The notes under the pieces were generated by a model. That model saw nothing but the letters and a program-made list of their open reading frames with translations, was not told the DNA's origin and did no database searches. From Naegleria gruberi (taxonomy: Eukaryota): 64,000 nt of DNA. Positions 10,794 to 22,953 of the stretch are shown piece after piece (the stretch's first letter is position 1; the number at the start of each line of letters is the position of its first letter). Position numbers and translations under genes: made by a program. The DNA lies in the NCBI GenBank assembly GCA_000004985.1, contig GG738900.1, one strand, 5' to 3'.

Positions 10794-13700
10794 TTATTCT
10801 TCTTTTGATTTAATTATATCATCATTAGAGATATTGATAATAACATTATCATTTGCACTATTAGGCAGCGTATTCATTCCTGTATTACTAGTGGTCGTAG
10901 TATTTGTATTATTTGTATTATTAGTATTATTATTATTTCCATTATTATTATTATTTGTACTACTTGTACCATTATAATATTGTTTTAAGAAATCACCTTG
11001 TTGTTCAGTTTGTGAGAATGCAAATCCACGATAATTAAATTTAGCAACACTTGTAACAGCAGTTTCGAATACCTTCTTAATTTCTTGTAATTCTACGACA
11101 TTGAACTTTTTCTTTTTCTTCATCTTGACAGGTAAACCTTCTTCGAATGGGAAATTTTCCAAAATTTCTTGTCTTGATTTCTTTGATTTCTTTCTTCCTT
11201 GAATTTGGTAATAGGCATTTCTTGAACGCATTCTAACAAATCCTTTCCAGAATATATCTCTAATACAACACATAAATGTTACTAATAAAACAATCATGTA
11301 AAATTGTGGTGTTAGGAATATTCTCCATCTTTCTGTAATTCCATAAAATTCAGATATAACTGGATATGGATATCCAAATATGTAATAAATACTTCCATAA
11401 ACAAATATAAATGCAGGCCATGATAATAAACTTCCAGTATAAATTAAAACATTAACCCATGTCCAAGATGATGTTTCAATACATAATTTAAGTGAAATTA
11501 CAACAAGTACACATGAATAAATGACAATACCAATAGTTTCTGGATCAATATCATGTCCATCAAGGAATTTGCTATCAACCAAACAATAATATGGAACAAA
11601 GAAACAAACAAGTGAATGGAATAATGAATTAACAACCCATGATATAAATACTTTAGCATTGAACTAAAGTATTTTAAAACATTTCATATAATGATGATGA
11701 TTATTTGTTTACATAGAACAATAGAAAAAATATAGTTAATAATTAATAAAATTACTAAATAAATAATAAAAGAAAACTACTTACAAATCTATTCTTTTGA
11801 CCTTGATAATAAAGTTCTGGGAATTTTTCAGCAACATCAGCTGATACATCTCTATCCATAACAGCTAATACAATAATTGGTAAACCAGAGAATATTAAAT
11901 TGTAAAGAGCAATAGTCCACTTATCATGAACAGTTGCACCTGAATAACCATTTGAGAAAATATACCACAATTGTGTTAAATATAAAAGACTATTCTTATA
12001 GAAACAATAGAGAACTAATTTTGAAACTCTTCTATAACTCCATCTACCATGAACAAGTAATAAACGTTTGAGAAATCTAAATTGACCAATTGCATAATCT
12101 GATGCATTCACTGCTTGTAATCCTTCTTGTCCTGAAATACCAATACCAACATGAGCACTTTGAATCATACTCACTATTATTATTTAATTGTTAATATGAT
12201 TAAATATATAATATAATATTAAATATAATATATAATATATAAGATGTGATTAAATATATAAGATTAAATATAAATATGAAAACATACCATCATTACTACC
12301 ATCTCCAATAGCTAAAGTAATACTATCAACATTATTCTTAATTAATAAAACTACATCTGATTTTTGTTTAGGTGAAACTCTACAACAAATAACCGATTTA
12401 CACTTGACACTCAAATTTAAGAATAAATTTCTCAAAGTATTTCCAGTATTAGCTGGATTGAGTGGATTATTATGTTCACCTTCTAAAATGGTTAATAATT
12501 TGTCACCTTCAACAACAAGACCCAATGCATCTGATGAAGAAATACCTTCACATGTTGATAAACTCTTTTCAAGGAAAGTTTTCAATTCTTCAATTGTATT
12601 TCCTTCAACTATTAAAAGTGTCATTCCAGAATTTAATAAATCACATGCAAAACCAATGTTAATAGCAGTTTCTAATTTGTCACCAGTCAATACCCAAATA
12701 TTAATACCTGCTCTTCTTAATTCATAAATTGTATCTCCAACTCCTTGTTGTAATTTATCTTCAATAGCTGTAGCTCCAACAAATTGTAAATTCTTTTCAA
12801 TTTTAGAACCAACCATTTCAACTTTAACTTGACGATTTTCAAGTGAAGTTTTAGCTTCTTCATATTCTCTATGCCATTGTTGATATTCTTCTTCATCGAG
12901 ATAAGCTTGAGCACATAACAATGTTCTCAAACCTTCATTACCAAATTGATCTAAATGTTCCAATGTAATTGGTCCATATTTTTCAACAGATTCTTCATTT
13001 AAAAGTGGATAAATCATTGAATCTGCTCCTTTGGTCATTATTAATAATTTACCTTCTGGATCTCTAACAATGACAGATTGTCTCTTTCTATCACTTGAAA
13101 ATTCAATAATATCTAATACTTGATATTCTATCGCTTCATTTTCCATTATTTTAATAGTAACTGTATTGGTAGTTCTATTAATAAATTCAATACCTAAATA
13201 TTTAGCTGCTTTAACAAGTGCTGCTTCATCAGGTGAAGAAGCTTGATAAATAATTTCATTTGGTTTGTTGTGACTTCTTTCAGGAATAACTGTATGACAA
13301 ACTGCTAACAAGGTAATGAAATTTTGAATATCTTGAGCATTTTCTTCATTCATCCAAGCTCCATCATTCATTCTCTCATCAAAGAATTGGAAATTTGGAT
13401 TATTTTTAACATGTTCAGGTCTATCATCTATAAGCGTAATGCCTTGTCTCTTGGCTGCTACATTGGCAATTTCAGTGATACCTGAACCATATGTTTTACC
13501 AGAAATTGAACATTTCATGACTGTTTTTATGATTGTTGTTGACAAAACAATTGTTATAACACTAATATGATTCAAAAAAAAACTTACAGTCCATCTTATT
13601 TTCAGTTAAAGTACCAGTCTTATCTGAAAAGATGTAATTAATTTGACCCAAATCTTCATTTAAAGCTGAAGATCTAACAAGGGCAGGAGTATCTGTAGCC

Positions 13701-15341
13701 TCATGATACATTGCTAAATCTTGACTAATCATAATACCTTGAACTAATTTAGCTGCTTCAATTGAAACGTAAAGTGAAATTGGAATTAAATTTGTAAGTA
13801 GAATGAGAATTGTCCAATATCCTTTAAATCCATTCCATGCAATATATTCAGAATCAATGACAACATCACGGAATAAATACCATGCTCCAGCATTAAAATT
13901 TGTCCAAACCATCAATGCAATATCACAACTCAAAACTAAAATGATTTGAACTACTAAAACTAGTAAAATTAACTTGTTAATCATTCTTTCAATTTTACTA
14001 ATTTTGTGTGGAGTTTCTCTGTAAAAATATTAAATATATCATTAAATATCATTATTAAATATCATTATATCATTAAATATCATTATATTAATAAGAGTAT
14101 CATGTCATTAAATTTCATAATTGATAATAATAAATATATAAGAATGGTTTAAAATAAAACATACTTTGTGTTCATCATTAATTTAGTATCGTGTCCAGTG
14201 AAAATTGCAACACCAATCATAAAATCAGTATTTTTCAATGAAGATCCACGTAAACAAATTTGTTCAGTATCAATGGATAATTTCTTTCCATTACTCAATA
14301 CCATTGTACCTTCAAATTTATATAATCTATTGTTTGGTTTTTCACATTCCACAATCATTCTAGTTTTATCAAGTGCTTCAGGTGTTGAAAGTTCCAAAGT
14401 TTCATGACGACATCTCTTAATTTTTAAATTAGTTTCACTTTATATCCAAATTAATATCCAAATTAATATGAATTCAATTGATTTTCCAATTTCCAATTTA
14501 ATAAAATCAACAAGTTAATCAACATTCAATCCATAGAAATAACATACCCATCCAAACTTGAAGTTTCAACATAACATAAACCTTGTGATTCACTTGAAGA
14601 AACAAGAATTAAATCACAAGGAAATGGTTCCTTATTATCTACTTTAACAATATCACCTGTTTTTACATCTTTCCAAAATATATCCTCAAATTTGTCACCT
14701 CTCAAAACATGAGCAATTCTATTATTTGTAACTCTATCAGAATAGAGTCTTTTAATATCTTCATAAGCATCTTTAATCATTGTACAAATCAATACTATTA
14801 ATAGTCATATATTAGATTTTGTTTAGTATAATACCTCCAATATAATACTTACCAAATGCTAAAGGAAAGAATGCTGTAAATTGACCTGTTGGTGACAATG
14901 TTGGAATAGTTTGCAAAACTGCCATAAATAAAAAATCTATTTTCACAAATATTTCATCATCCATTATTCAAATATTGTACAATTATAATATTTCATCATT
15001 CAAATAAGTGATAAATCATTAAAATACTTACAACAATTTGCAAATCTATGAAATTGTTCATATAAATTCTTAAATAAAAAGTTGTAGAAAGTATATTTAG
15101 TAGTCGTTATGGAATTATCAATAAATTTGTTGGTGGCGTTTGACATTTCATCATTTGCAAATAGTAATCTAGTTTTTGTTGCATCATGTTGTTGTTGAAT
15201 ATTAAAAGTATTAAAGGCTCCAACTTCATTCCCAGTAAACATATCCGATATACTTCTATGTTGTGTTGATGGATTATTAGTACTATTATAATTAGTATTA
15301 ATTGTTGCAGAACTCATAATAGCAGTACTAGAATTTGACAT
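10794..15341 (-). CDS. Phospholipid-transporting P4-type ATPase (flippase), copy B, complete, at least 7 exons
   Basis: Exons at 15000..15341, ~14848..14930, 14526..14792, 14149..14397, 13562..13984, 12250..13575, 11755..12174 and 10794..11650. Motifs DKTGTLT, TGDKLETA, GDGSNDG and MIQSAHVGIGISGQEG…VHGRWSYRR are present. Confidence 0.85.
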
Positions 15342-16254
15342 TACTAGTGTTGTATGTTCACGAGGTGATGTTAATGATGATGGTAGTGGTAGAGTATTTT
15401 GATTATTTGATGATTCATTCGAATGGTCTACTAGGGAATTTCCATCCCTCTGTTGTTTTGTTATTATTATTATTATATAAAGATGAATATAGTAATATTA
15501 CATATTAAAATTGTTGTGTTTAGAGAATATGAAAATATACATACTGGTGTTCTGGTAAATTTGGCTTTTAATCTTTGAAACATGTTTTAAAGCCTTTTTC
15601 TTCCGAATAAATAATGTTATATGATATACTATTGTAGTTTTTGTGTTGATGATGGAGAGTGTTGATGATGGTGATGATGATAATTGTTTTGAAAACACAA
15701 GAAGAATGGATAATACTATCTACAAGTATAAAAGTGTGTTGTCCTATTCTCTATTCAAAGATAATAAAAACAATCAACAACAATAGTAATGGATAATAAA
15801 TATGTTTTTCAAAGAAGAAGGCTTTGTTTGTTTTTCTTTTAAATAACTACTTGAGTATCAAAGGTGGGAGAATCTTTTGAGCTTCCTTTAATCTTTTGGA
15901 AGCCACGGGCCAAAGTCAAGCGCTCATTTTGAGTCCGATTCAAGTGAGGCAAATAGCGCTAGTTTCTAATAGTCTACAAGAATAAATAGTCATGATACCA
16001 TTTCGGAGTCATTGGAAGGTTTAGAATAAGGGAGGAGGGAAGAATATTCTAATGTAAAAATAAGTCAAAGAACGATTTGGATTTTCAATGTATTGCAATT
16101 TGATAATATATAACTTTCTATTTGAATAATACAAGAAGCTATTAAGGATTGACTTTAAACTCTAAAAAACAAGCGCATTTATTTGCAATTTTTGAAATAT
16201 TAGAAAATTAGAGGAAAGTAACTTTGGGATAGTGTTTTTGAAACAAAAATCAGA

Positions 16255-16328
16255 TACCGACAATGGGGCTCGAACCCACGACCCCAGGATTAGAAGTCCT
16301 GTGCTCTATCCAACTGAGCTATGACGGC
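16255..16328 (-). tRNA. tRNA-Arg (anticodon UCU), copy B, canonical D-stem
   Basis: Same sequence as copy A except G22 restores the C13:G22 pair. Both copies share a T5:T68 acceptor mismatch and a G1:T72 wobble. Confidence 0.65.
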
Positions 16329-16520
16329 TTTACGTTCCTTAAGGATCAAAACATCTTACATGAAATCCTTGATATTTTTCTGTAGGCTCCATTTAGTTTA
16401 GATTGATAAGCTTTTAACGTCATGTGCCACATCATTCTTTCATAATTTTATTCAATGGGATCTATTAAATCCAAATAATAACTATGTAATAGTTACAATA
16501 AAAAAATTAAATAGTAAAAT

Positions 16521-17400
16521 ATGTCATCACAGTGTGATGATTTAACTCTTCCGAATAATCAAACCAATAAAACATTAAAAGGTTATCAATCTAAACTAAA
16601 TAAATTACAAACAATTACAAATAGTGATTTATTTGGATCCAATGATTATATTAACGGTTCAATTATTTGCATTTATTCTGATAATATTAATTATTTAATT
16701 TTAATTTTATCTAAAGATGTTAATACTATTCATGTTTTAAAATTTAATTTTGATCCAATTCATAAATTAATCACAAATATGGAAATATTTACTAAATATG
16801 CATTGAAACAGGATGTTAAACATTATCAATATTTTTATTCATTGAAATGTGAAAAATGTTTTTTAATTGCAAATATAATTAATATTCATTTATCAGAATT
16901 ATGGAAAGTTGAAATTGAAAGTGGAAATATAATTTGGAGAAAGGAAATTCATGGAATTAATTCAATTGTTCAAGATGAAAGAGGAATTTTATTTTTAAAT
17001 TCAAGTATTACTAAAAATGTGCAATTATTAGATTCCAAAACAGGAAATTGTCTTGGTAAAATTTCAATTGCATCTGGTCATAGAATTTCAAATCATATTG
17101 GATTGGATTTTAATAATAATTTACTAGTTTCTAGTTTTACTAGGAGAGGATCATATTTACAAATTATTTCTAAAAAAAGGCAACATTTCAAAAATAATAC
17201 CATGTACACAAAATACGATACTCACACTATCAGATCCATATAATAAGAAAACATTTATACTAGAATCAGGAAATCATGTTGTGGATGTTTATGATTCTGA
17301 ATATACTAAATTAGAAGTATTGAATTTCACTTCACCAATTTTTTTATTTGCTTTTGTAAATGATTGTAATTTTATAATAACAGTTGGTCCTAGGGAAATA
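16521..17400 (+). pseudogene. 297-aa hypothetical gene, copy B, with frameshift in an A-run (~17175) and downstream stop
   Basis: Copy A reads ctaaaaaagg (6 A) but copy B has 7 A. The ORF terminates at 17243 although homology continues to ~17400. Confidence 0.5.
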
Positions 17401-17471
17401 TCTTTATTTGATTAAAATCAATAAAGAAGAAGAAACCAACACTCTTGCTTATAAAGACTACATCAAACTGA

Positions 17472-17531
17472 GGATCATCATTAATAAGCGATCAATTGCT
17501 GATCTTTATTTCTCTGATTTTACTCCAAAAT
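17472..17531. repeat. 60-bp direct repeat, left copy (junction of duplication copy B)
   Basis: Identical to 19681..19740 (ggatcatcattaataagcgatcaattgctgatctttatttctctgattttactccaaaat). Confidence 0.8.
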
Positions 17532-17804
17532 GTATGTGTTATTTGCTCTAGATGCTGATAATTGTTTATAAACCTCTCGCAACTTTTGTTTTTTTTCTAC
17601 ATCCACAGTATCATCGTCTGCCCATCTACAAATTTCAGCTAACCTTTTTTTGGCTGCTTCAGATGCATTATTCACAACCATGCTCTGTGCTTCAACTAAT
17701 TCTTGTTGTAACTTTTTTTCTTTCCTCTCTTTTAGTTCTTTACGTTTGATTCTATAATACTTCTTGCTCAGCGCTTTCTTTGAATAGAGTACCATGGCAC
17801 ACAT
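17520..17804 (-). CDS. Small Lys/Glu-rich coiled-coil protein (hypothetical)
   Basis: Intact ORF of 80-94 aa. No family recognised. Confidence 0.3.
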   Translation of the reverse strand: MCAMVLYSKKALSKKYYRIKRKELKERKEKKLQQELVEAQSMVVNNASEAAKKRLAEICRWADDDTVDVEKKQKLREVYKQLSASRANNTYILE

Positions 17805-17933
17805 TTTATTACAATTTAAAAAGAGACGAGACAGAATAAACTGCTTTAAGATTCACAACTTTTATCAAAATTTCGTGAATTGAAGATGTATTCACAAGGA
17901 AACAAAGTAAACTATCAAATAGCAAAGTAAAAA

Positions 17934-18282
17934 ATGTCCAGAGGTAAACGTACTATTGATAAAACAAAGCTATACAAAGCTATCGGAGCTAGCAATAGAG
18001 GAAATTTTGGTGAATTAGTAAAGAGAAGACACTCCAGAACCAGTTCAATATATCCCAACACTTGAAGATTTGAATAATTTCTTCATTTGTGAAGACTTGG
18101 AGTTTTATTTTGATGTCAAACATGGATTAATCCAAGGTCTAGATGATGATTTTAGGGGAAGTGTAATAAGTAAAACAGAATGCCTTTTGGCTGATAATCT
18201 AAATGTCATTAAGGATGTTATTGATTCAAATTTCCTATTATCCAGCAACATTCCAACTTATTTTAATCAATATTGTTTTTAG
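17934..18282 (+). CDS. Hypothetical small protein; two overlapping frames suggest a +1 frameshift or sequencing error near 18022-18060
   Basis: ATG 17934 frame stops at ~18063. A second frame is open from 18022 to 18282. Confidence 0.2.
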
Positions 18283-19455
18283 TAAAAAATGATTTAAGAA
18301 CTTCATAAGGATCAGAATTTTTGGTATGAATTTGTTTTAAAATTGATTGGAAATTCAACTTATTAAAATTAGTCCAAAAATTTCTAGCTCCCTCTGCTTT
18401 CTTTAATCTGTTCACTGATAATATTTCTATTTTATCTTCATCAAACCAAAAACAAAAAGTTTTTAGCATTGATTCACAATCATACTCTTTCTTGTACGGT
18501 CTTATGAAAGTATTTTGATCCAAAACGCAACCTAAATAATCATCAACACAAAAAGAAATAATACCAGCAAAAAAAGTTGTCTCATTAATTGCACATGCAA
18601 AACCCCAATCAATTAATATCAATTTACCATCATCAGTCCGCATAACATTATCAGGTCTAATATCTCTGTGACAAAATCCTTTTGAATGAATATCTTTTAA
18701 AAGATCTATTAATTGAAAACACTCCCTCCTTTTGGGAAGTTGGATTTGTATAAACTTATTTGATAAAGGATGATATTTCTTCATTATCAAAATCCCATCA
18801 GAAAATAAAGTTGGTTTTGGAATGTTATCTTGATCTTTCAACAATGTATCCAATATTTTGAATTCGTGACTAATAAACCCTAAACTATCTCTATTTTTAC
18901 AAATTTTGGCAACTTTTTCATTATCTGTTCAAAAANNNNNNNNNNNNNNNNNNNNNNNNNNNNNNNNNNNNNNNNNNNNNNNNNNTTACTCAATGAATCA
19001 TAAACAACTCTGAAAATGATAATTGTATCTAATGGAGAGAGTGGAGTTCTAATGTTTGGAATGATTCTATTCTTTACATTTTTAACCCAAAATTTAACAA
19101 TACAGTCCTTAATTATTGAAATACCTGAAGGAACAGAATCTGCACCAAAGCCAATATCTTCAGCCTCAACTTTCATATTTTCATTTGATCTCAACTCTAG
19201 TAACTCCTCAATAGCAGAGGATACTCTTAAAAATATCATTTTGAGACCATCTAATGATTCTTTGGCTGGATTCTCTTTCAATACGTAATCATCTATTGTA
19301 ATTTTGAATTTTTGGAGATGATTAAAATCAATATTTAACCAAGAATTATCTTCATCATCATCGTTTCTACTTTTAACATATTGAATTAAGGATTCCAAAA
19401 TAGCTGAGAAAATGTCAGTTTCATGATAAGCATATGTGTCCGTATCATTCTCCAA
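18263..19455 (-). CDS. Protein-kinase-like / phosphotransferase-fold protein (contains 50-N gap)
   Basis: Catalytic-loop-like HRDIRPDNV and DWGFA (DFG-like) motifs in the 3' ORF. The 5' ORF is contiguous across gap 18936..18985. Confidence 0.45.
18936..18985. other. Assembly gap (50 N)
   Basis: Run of N. Confidence 0.99.
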
Positions 19456-19680
19456 GTAATAAGTAATTTGATTAGGAATAACCTCAAATTAATAAATGAA
19501 CACTGGCACTGTTGCGGTGGGTACTATCTCCAATGGATTACAGTCCAGTGGATGGTCAACTATGTACATATACTTGCATCAAAAGGAGTATTTTCAAACA
19601 TTAAAGATGAAGTATTAATATAAAATAAAGGTTCTTCAGAATTAATATCCTTTGGGTCAATATCTAAACCTTTAGTTTAA

Positions 19681-19740
19681 GGATCATCATTAATAAGCGA
19701 TCAATTGCTGATCTTTATTTCTCTGATTTTACTCCAAAAT
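19681..19740. repeat. 60-bp direct repeat, right copy (overlaps 3' end of the membrane-protein gene)
   Basis: Identical to 17472..17531. Confidence 0.8.
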
Positions 19741-20062
19741 AAGTGGCAATCAAACCACTTGCAGCAGTTAATCCAATCAAGGAAAACAACTTGCTACTAC
19801 TTTCGAATTCATTTTCTGATAAGAACAGAGTCACCAATGCAATACTGCTCAATATGTTGGCACAAGTACAACCAAAACCAGTTGGCCAACCAACACCCCA
19901 ATTCCACTGATAGGCAGCTCCAAAAAATAGACCTAACAATCCACTCGTTATTGGACAAACAATGAATGGAGATAATGTGAAAAATTTACAAGCTAGTAGG
20001 AAGGTTGGAGCCGAGAGTATTAAACCACTTCCCAAACCAAAGGCAAATGCATATGAGGTCAT
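19715..20062 (-). CDS. Small multi-pass membrane protein (115 aa, Gly-rich TM helices; TMEM14-like architecture)
   Basis: Three to four hydrophobic segments with GxxxG-like motifs. Fragments of this gene recur at 9400..9642 and 17472..17531. Confidence 0.45.
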   Translation of the reverse strand: MTSYAFAFGLGSGLILSAPTFLLACKFFTLSPFIVCPITSGLLGLFFGAAYQWNWGVGWPTGFGCTCANILSSIALVTLFLSENEFESSSKLFSLIGLTAASGLIATYFGVKSEK

Positions 20063-20373
20063 TTTTTTATTCTATTCTTACTAATCCTTCCGAAATTTGG
20101 AACTGTGCACACGTTTGTTTTGATGTTACAAACATCGTTATTGAGAACTTCTCAAGAATTTTATCTGAACTTCTCTAAACAATCAAAATAGAAAAAGAGA
20201 CTTTGTTAAATAATTGTACAAATATAACCACACAAGAATTTATTTCGCAATTAATTGCGAGTTCAGTGATCATACGTTGAGCACTGAGGGGTCTGTCTGT
20301 TATGGCATGACAGAGAATTTAGTTTAACTTAGGGGAATGTTGGTTTGGAGTTTGTAATTTCATTCACAAGAAT

Positions 20374-21777
20374 TTACTTCTTGTGTAAAGAATCCAAACA
20401 TTGCTTAAAGTAAGCAGGATCCAATTGAAGAAGTCTAGTGGAAAGCAAATCGAGAGATCTCTTTCTATCACTCTCAGTTAATTTCATGCTAAATCCAACA
20501 AGTTCTTCAACGCAATTCTCAAATTCTTCAAAACTGTTCAAGACAAGATTATTTGAAGGTGGAACTGCGGGTATTGGTTGTGGAGGTTCTTGTGATGAGG
20601 AGGTTGTTGTTGTACGTTTCTTCTTCTTATTTTGTGATGGTTTTCTTGCATAAACTTTAAAAGCGGCTGATCTTAATGTCATGATTGGATTCTCCAAATC
20701 AGATGGGACATAATAATTAATCTGCCAACAAAAGTTAATCTTTTTATGGTGATATGAAACAGTACTAGATTGCACTTTCAAAACACCATTATATTCTTCG
20801 CAAGTAGAAGTTTCCTTATTCTTTGAATTCTTACTTTCAGGTTTTTTAGTTAAAGCAGATTCAACTACACCTTTCAAAACAGGATTTGATTTGTTATCTT
20901 GTTGAATTTCTTCAAAGGTTTGAGAATCGACCATACTAATTCTACCCAGCAAGAATGGTAAATCTTCTTTAACAGTATTCTTATTCAACATTGCTTGTTG
21001 TCTGATTTCATATTTCAAACTAGAATATAGTTTAGTTGGAACTTGTTCACAAGGTTCTTCACATCTAGTTTTACTTGTAATTGAAATTGAAAGTTTACCA
21101 GCAAACTTTTCACTTGTTTGAACAACTTTCCAACTTCTATCACCTTGATTTAGTAAATCAGAACAATTATCATCTTCTTCTTCATCATCACAAATAGATT
21201 CTTCTTCTTCCTTTTTACGTTTTGGAGCTGACTTTCTCTTCTTTTCAGTTTTAACTTGTGTTGTACTTAATGTGTTTGTAACAAGTTTTTTAGCTTTAGG
21301 AAGTGAATTTGTAACATCAGGAACTTGAAGTGTTAAAGATAAATTTGATCTCTTTGATAAAGTTGGTGATTCATCTGAAAGAGGACTTGTATTATTGGAA
21401 GAACTGCAAGAGGATGATGAAAAGTCAAAAGAAATTAATTCAGTATTCGAAGGGCTAAATAAATGAACCATATCTAATAATTGATCATGTTGTTGTTGTT
21501 GATGGTGCTGATGATGGTGGTGATGGTATGATTGAGCAATTTGAGTAGTACTTTCAAGTAAATGATCGAAAACGTCATTGAAATTTCGTTCAAAAGTGCC
21601 ACCTTCATCAATTCTACAGAATGAAGAAGTTGGAGTGTTACCTCTTGATGGAGAGAAGAAGTTAGAGAAGGCAGAAGATGGAGTAAGGAAGAGTGGTGAA
21701 ATGGTATGAATTGAGGAGCTCATGGTTAGTAAATTGGTTGATTGATTGAATGAATTGGAGGTAGTTTGATTAGACAC
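20374..21777 (-). CDS. Low-complexity Ser/His/Gln-rich hypothetical protein
   Basis: 467-aa ORF with poly-H/Q tract and basic patches. No family recognised. Confidence 0.4.
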   Translation of the reverse strand: MSNQTTSNSFNQSTNLLTMSSSIHTISPLFLTPSSAFSNFFSPSRGNTPTSSFCRIDEGGTFERNFNDVFDHLLESTTQIAQSYHHHHHQHHQQQQHDQLLDMVHLFSPSNTELISFDFSSSSCSSSNNTSPLSDESPTLSKRSNLSLTLQVPDVTNSLPKAKKLVTNTLSTTQVKTEKKRKSAPKRKKEEEESICDDEEEDDNCSDLLNQGDRSWKVVQTSEKFAGKLSISITSKTRCEEPCEQVPTKLYSSLKYEIRQQAMLNKNTVKEDLPFLLGRISMVDSQTFEEIQQDNKSNPVLKGVVESALTKKPESKNSKNKETSTCEEYNGVLKVQSSTVSYHHKKINFCWQINYYVPSDLENPIMTLRSAAFKVYARKPSQNKKKKRTTTTSSSQEPPQPIPAVPPSNNLVLNSFEEFENCVEELVGFSMKLTESDRKRSLDLLSTRLLQLDPAYFKQCLDSLHKK

Positions 21778-22655
21778 TTTGTTAGTGGTGGTATTGATAC
21801 TATTATTTGTTGGGATACAATAATCAAATGCTTGATTAGGTAGTGGGATTGGGATTTTGGTAGAGGTAAAAAATTTAGCGATTTTGGGGTTTTTTGTCGT
21901 TGCGACTTTTTTTCTTCGTTTCGTTGATTATTAGCTAGCTTCAATATCGAACTTGATTATTAATAGACTCGTTTTAAAAATAACTCAAAGAGAAAATTTG
22001 TCTTCAGCTTTCAACGCCAAGTACAAGGCTTGTTCCAGCCCGTTACAAAATCTGCGTTGACTGGTCTAAAAATAAAGAACCAATGAAAAATTGAGAGCGC
22101 CAAAAATTGAGTGGACAGGTAAGTAACTGCTCAAACTCGAAATGCCACTTTACAGCAGAAAAAATATTTTCTTTCATTTTCTCTCTGCAGAGCAATATTT
22201 TACAACCAAAATTTTAATTTGGACAAATGCCATTTTCAAACCCATTACTTCTAATATTTTCACAAGCATTTCAAGAATGAGATTTTTTCTGATACAAAGA
22301 AAAAGAAAGAAGCATGTGTGAAATTGGAATGAAAATAGCTGAACAGCATGAAAACATGTGAATAAGGGAGGATTAAATTGTGTGCGGATGAGCTGTGGAG
22401 AGGAGCGAACAACAGCACAGAGGACATTCCAAATACACATGTGTTATCCTCCTAAACAATACACATGTTCACTAATAGTAAGAGATACATCATGTGCGTC
22501 CTTAATATTCCTTATGAGAGTAGTAGTAACATTTTGTCCTCAAAGGATTTTGTGGAAGAGGGAATTGAGTCTCTCTAAATATGAAGCCTTCCAGTTTGTA
22601 TTTGTATCAGAAATTTAACAACTATCGATAAGTATTCCTTAATTTAAGTATATGA

Positions 22656-22775
22656 ATGGCTACGGCCATATCACGATGAATGCACCTCATCCCGTCCGAT
22701 TTGAGAAGTTAAGCATCGTCGAGCCACATCAGTACTGAGGTTGGAGACAACTTGGGAACCTGTGGTGCTGTAGTC
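22656..22775 (+). rRNA. 5S ribosomal RNA gene, copy 1
   Basis: 120 nt. Terminal helix I GGCUACGG/CUGUAGUC. Internal box A AAGTTAAGC. Conserved CAUCCCGUCCGAU and GGUUGGAGACAAC…GGGAAC…GGUGCUGUA. Followed by a TTTTT Pol III terminator. Confidence 0.8.
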
Positions 22776-22953
22776 TTTTTACCTTAATAACTTTTAATAA
22801 CTTGAGTGTTAAAAACTGGAGAAGTTTTCACATTCACTTTAATTTCTCACCAAAACAGACTATCTTTCATGTGAGACATCACAAAAGTACTGTTTTCATA
22901 TTTTTGGAAATTTTCTAAATTGGGAAACCATTGTTTTCATTAATACGAAAAAA

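Larger units (their letters stand above)
9693..17531. repeat. Copy B of ~8 kb tandem segmental duplication
   Basis: See copy A. Copy B has a 29-bp insertion near the tRNA (16195-16225) and a frameshift in the 297-aa gene. Confidence 0.85.

Noticed and set aside
12404-12914. Short ORFs inside or antisense to strongly supported genes (for example 12404..12727, 12462..12662, 12717..12914, 19016..19288, 20438..20653, 24336..24569, 29990..30329, 48192..49722, 56151..56770, 62380..62595, 63129..63631)
   Set aside because: They overlap CDSs with clear family assignments on the other strand or frame. They show no independent coding signature.
22174-22618. ORFs 22174..22440 and 22358..22618 upstream of 5S copy 1
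   Set aside because: Overlapping frames, no codon-usage signal, and they lie in a compositionally odd non-coding stretch. More likely promoter or spacer. A possible ncRNA is not supportable from sequence alone.
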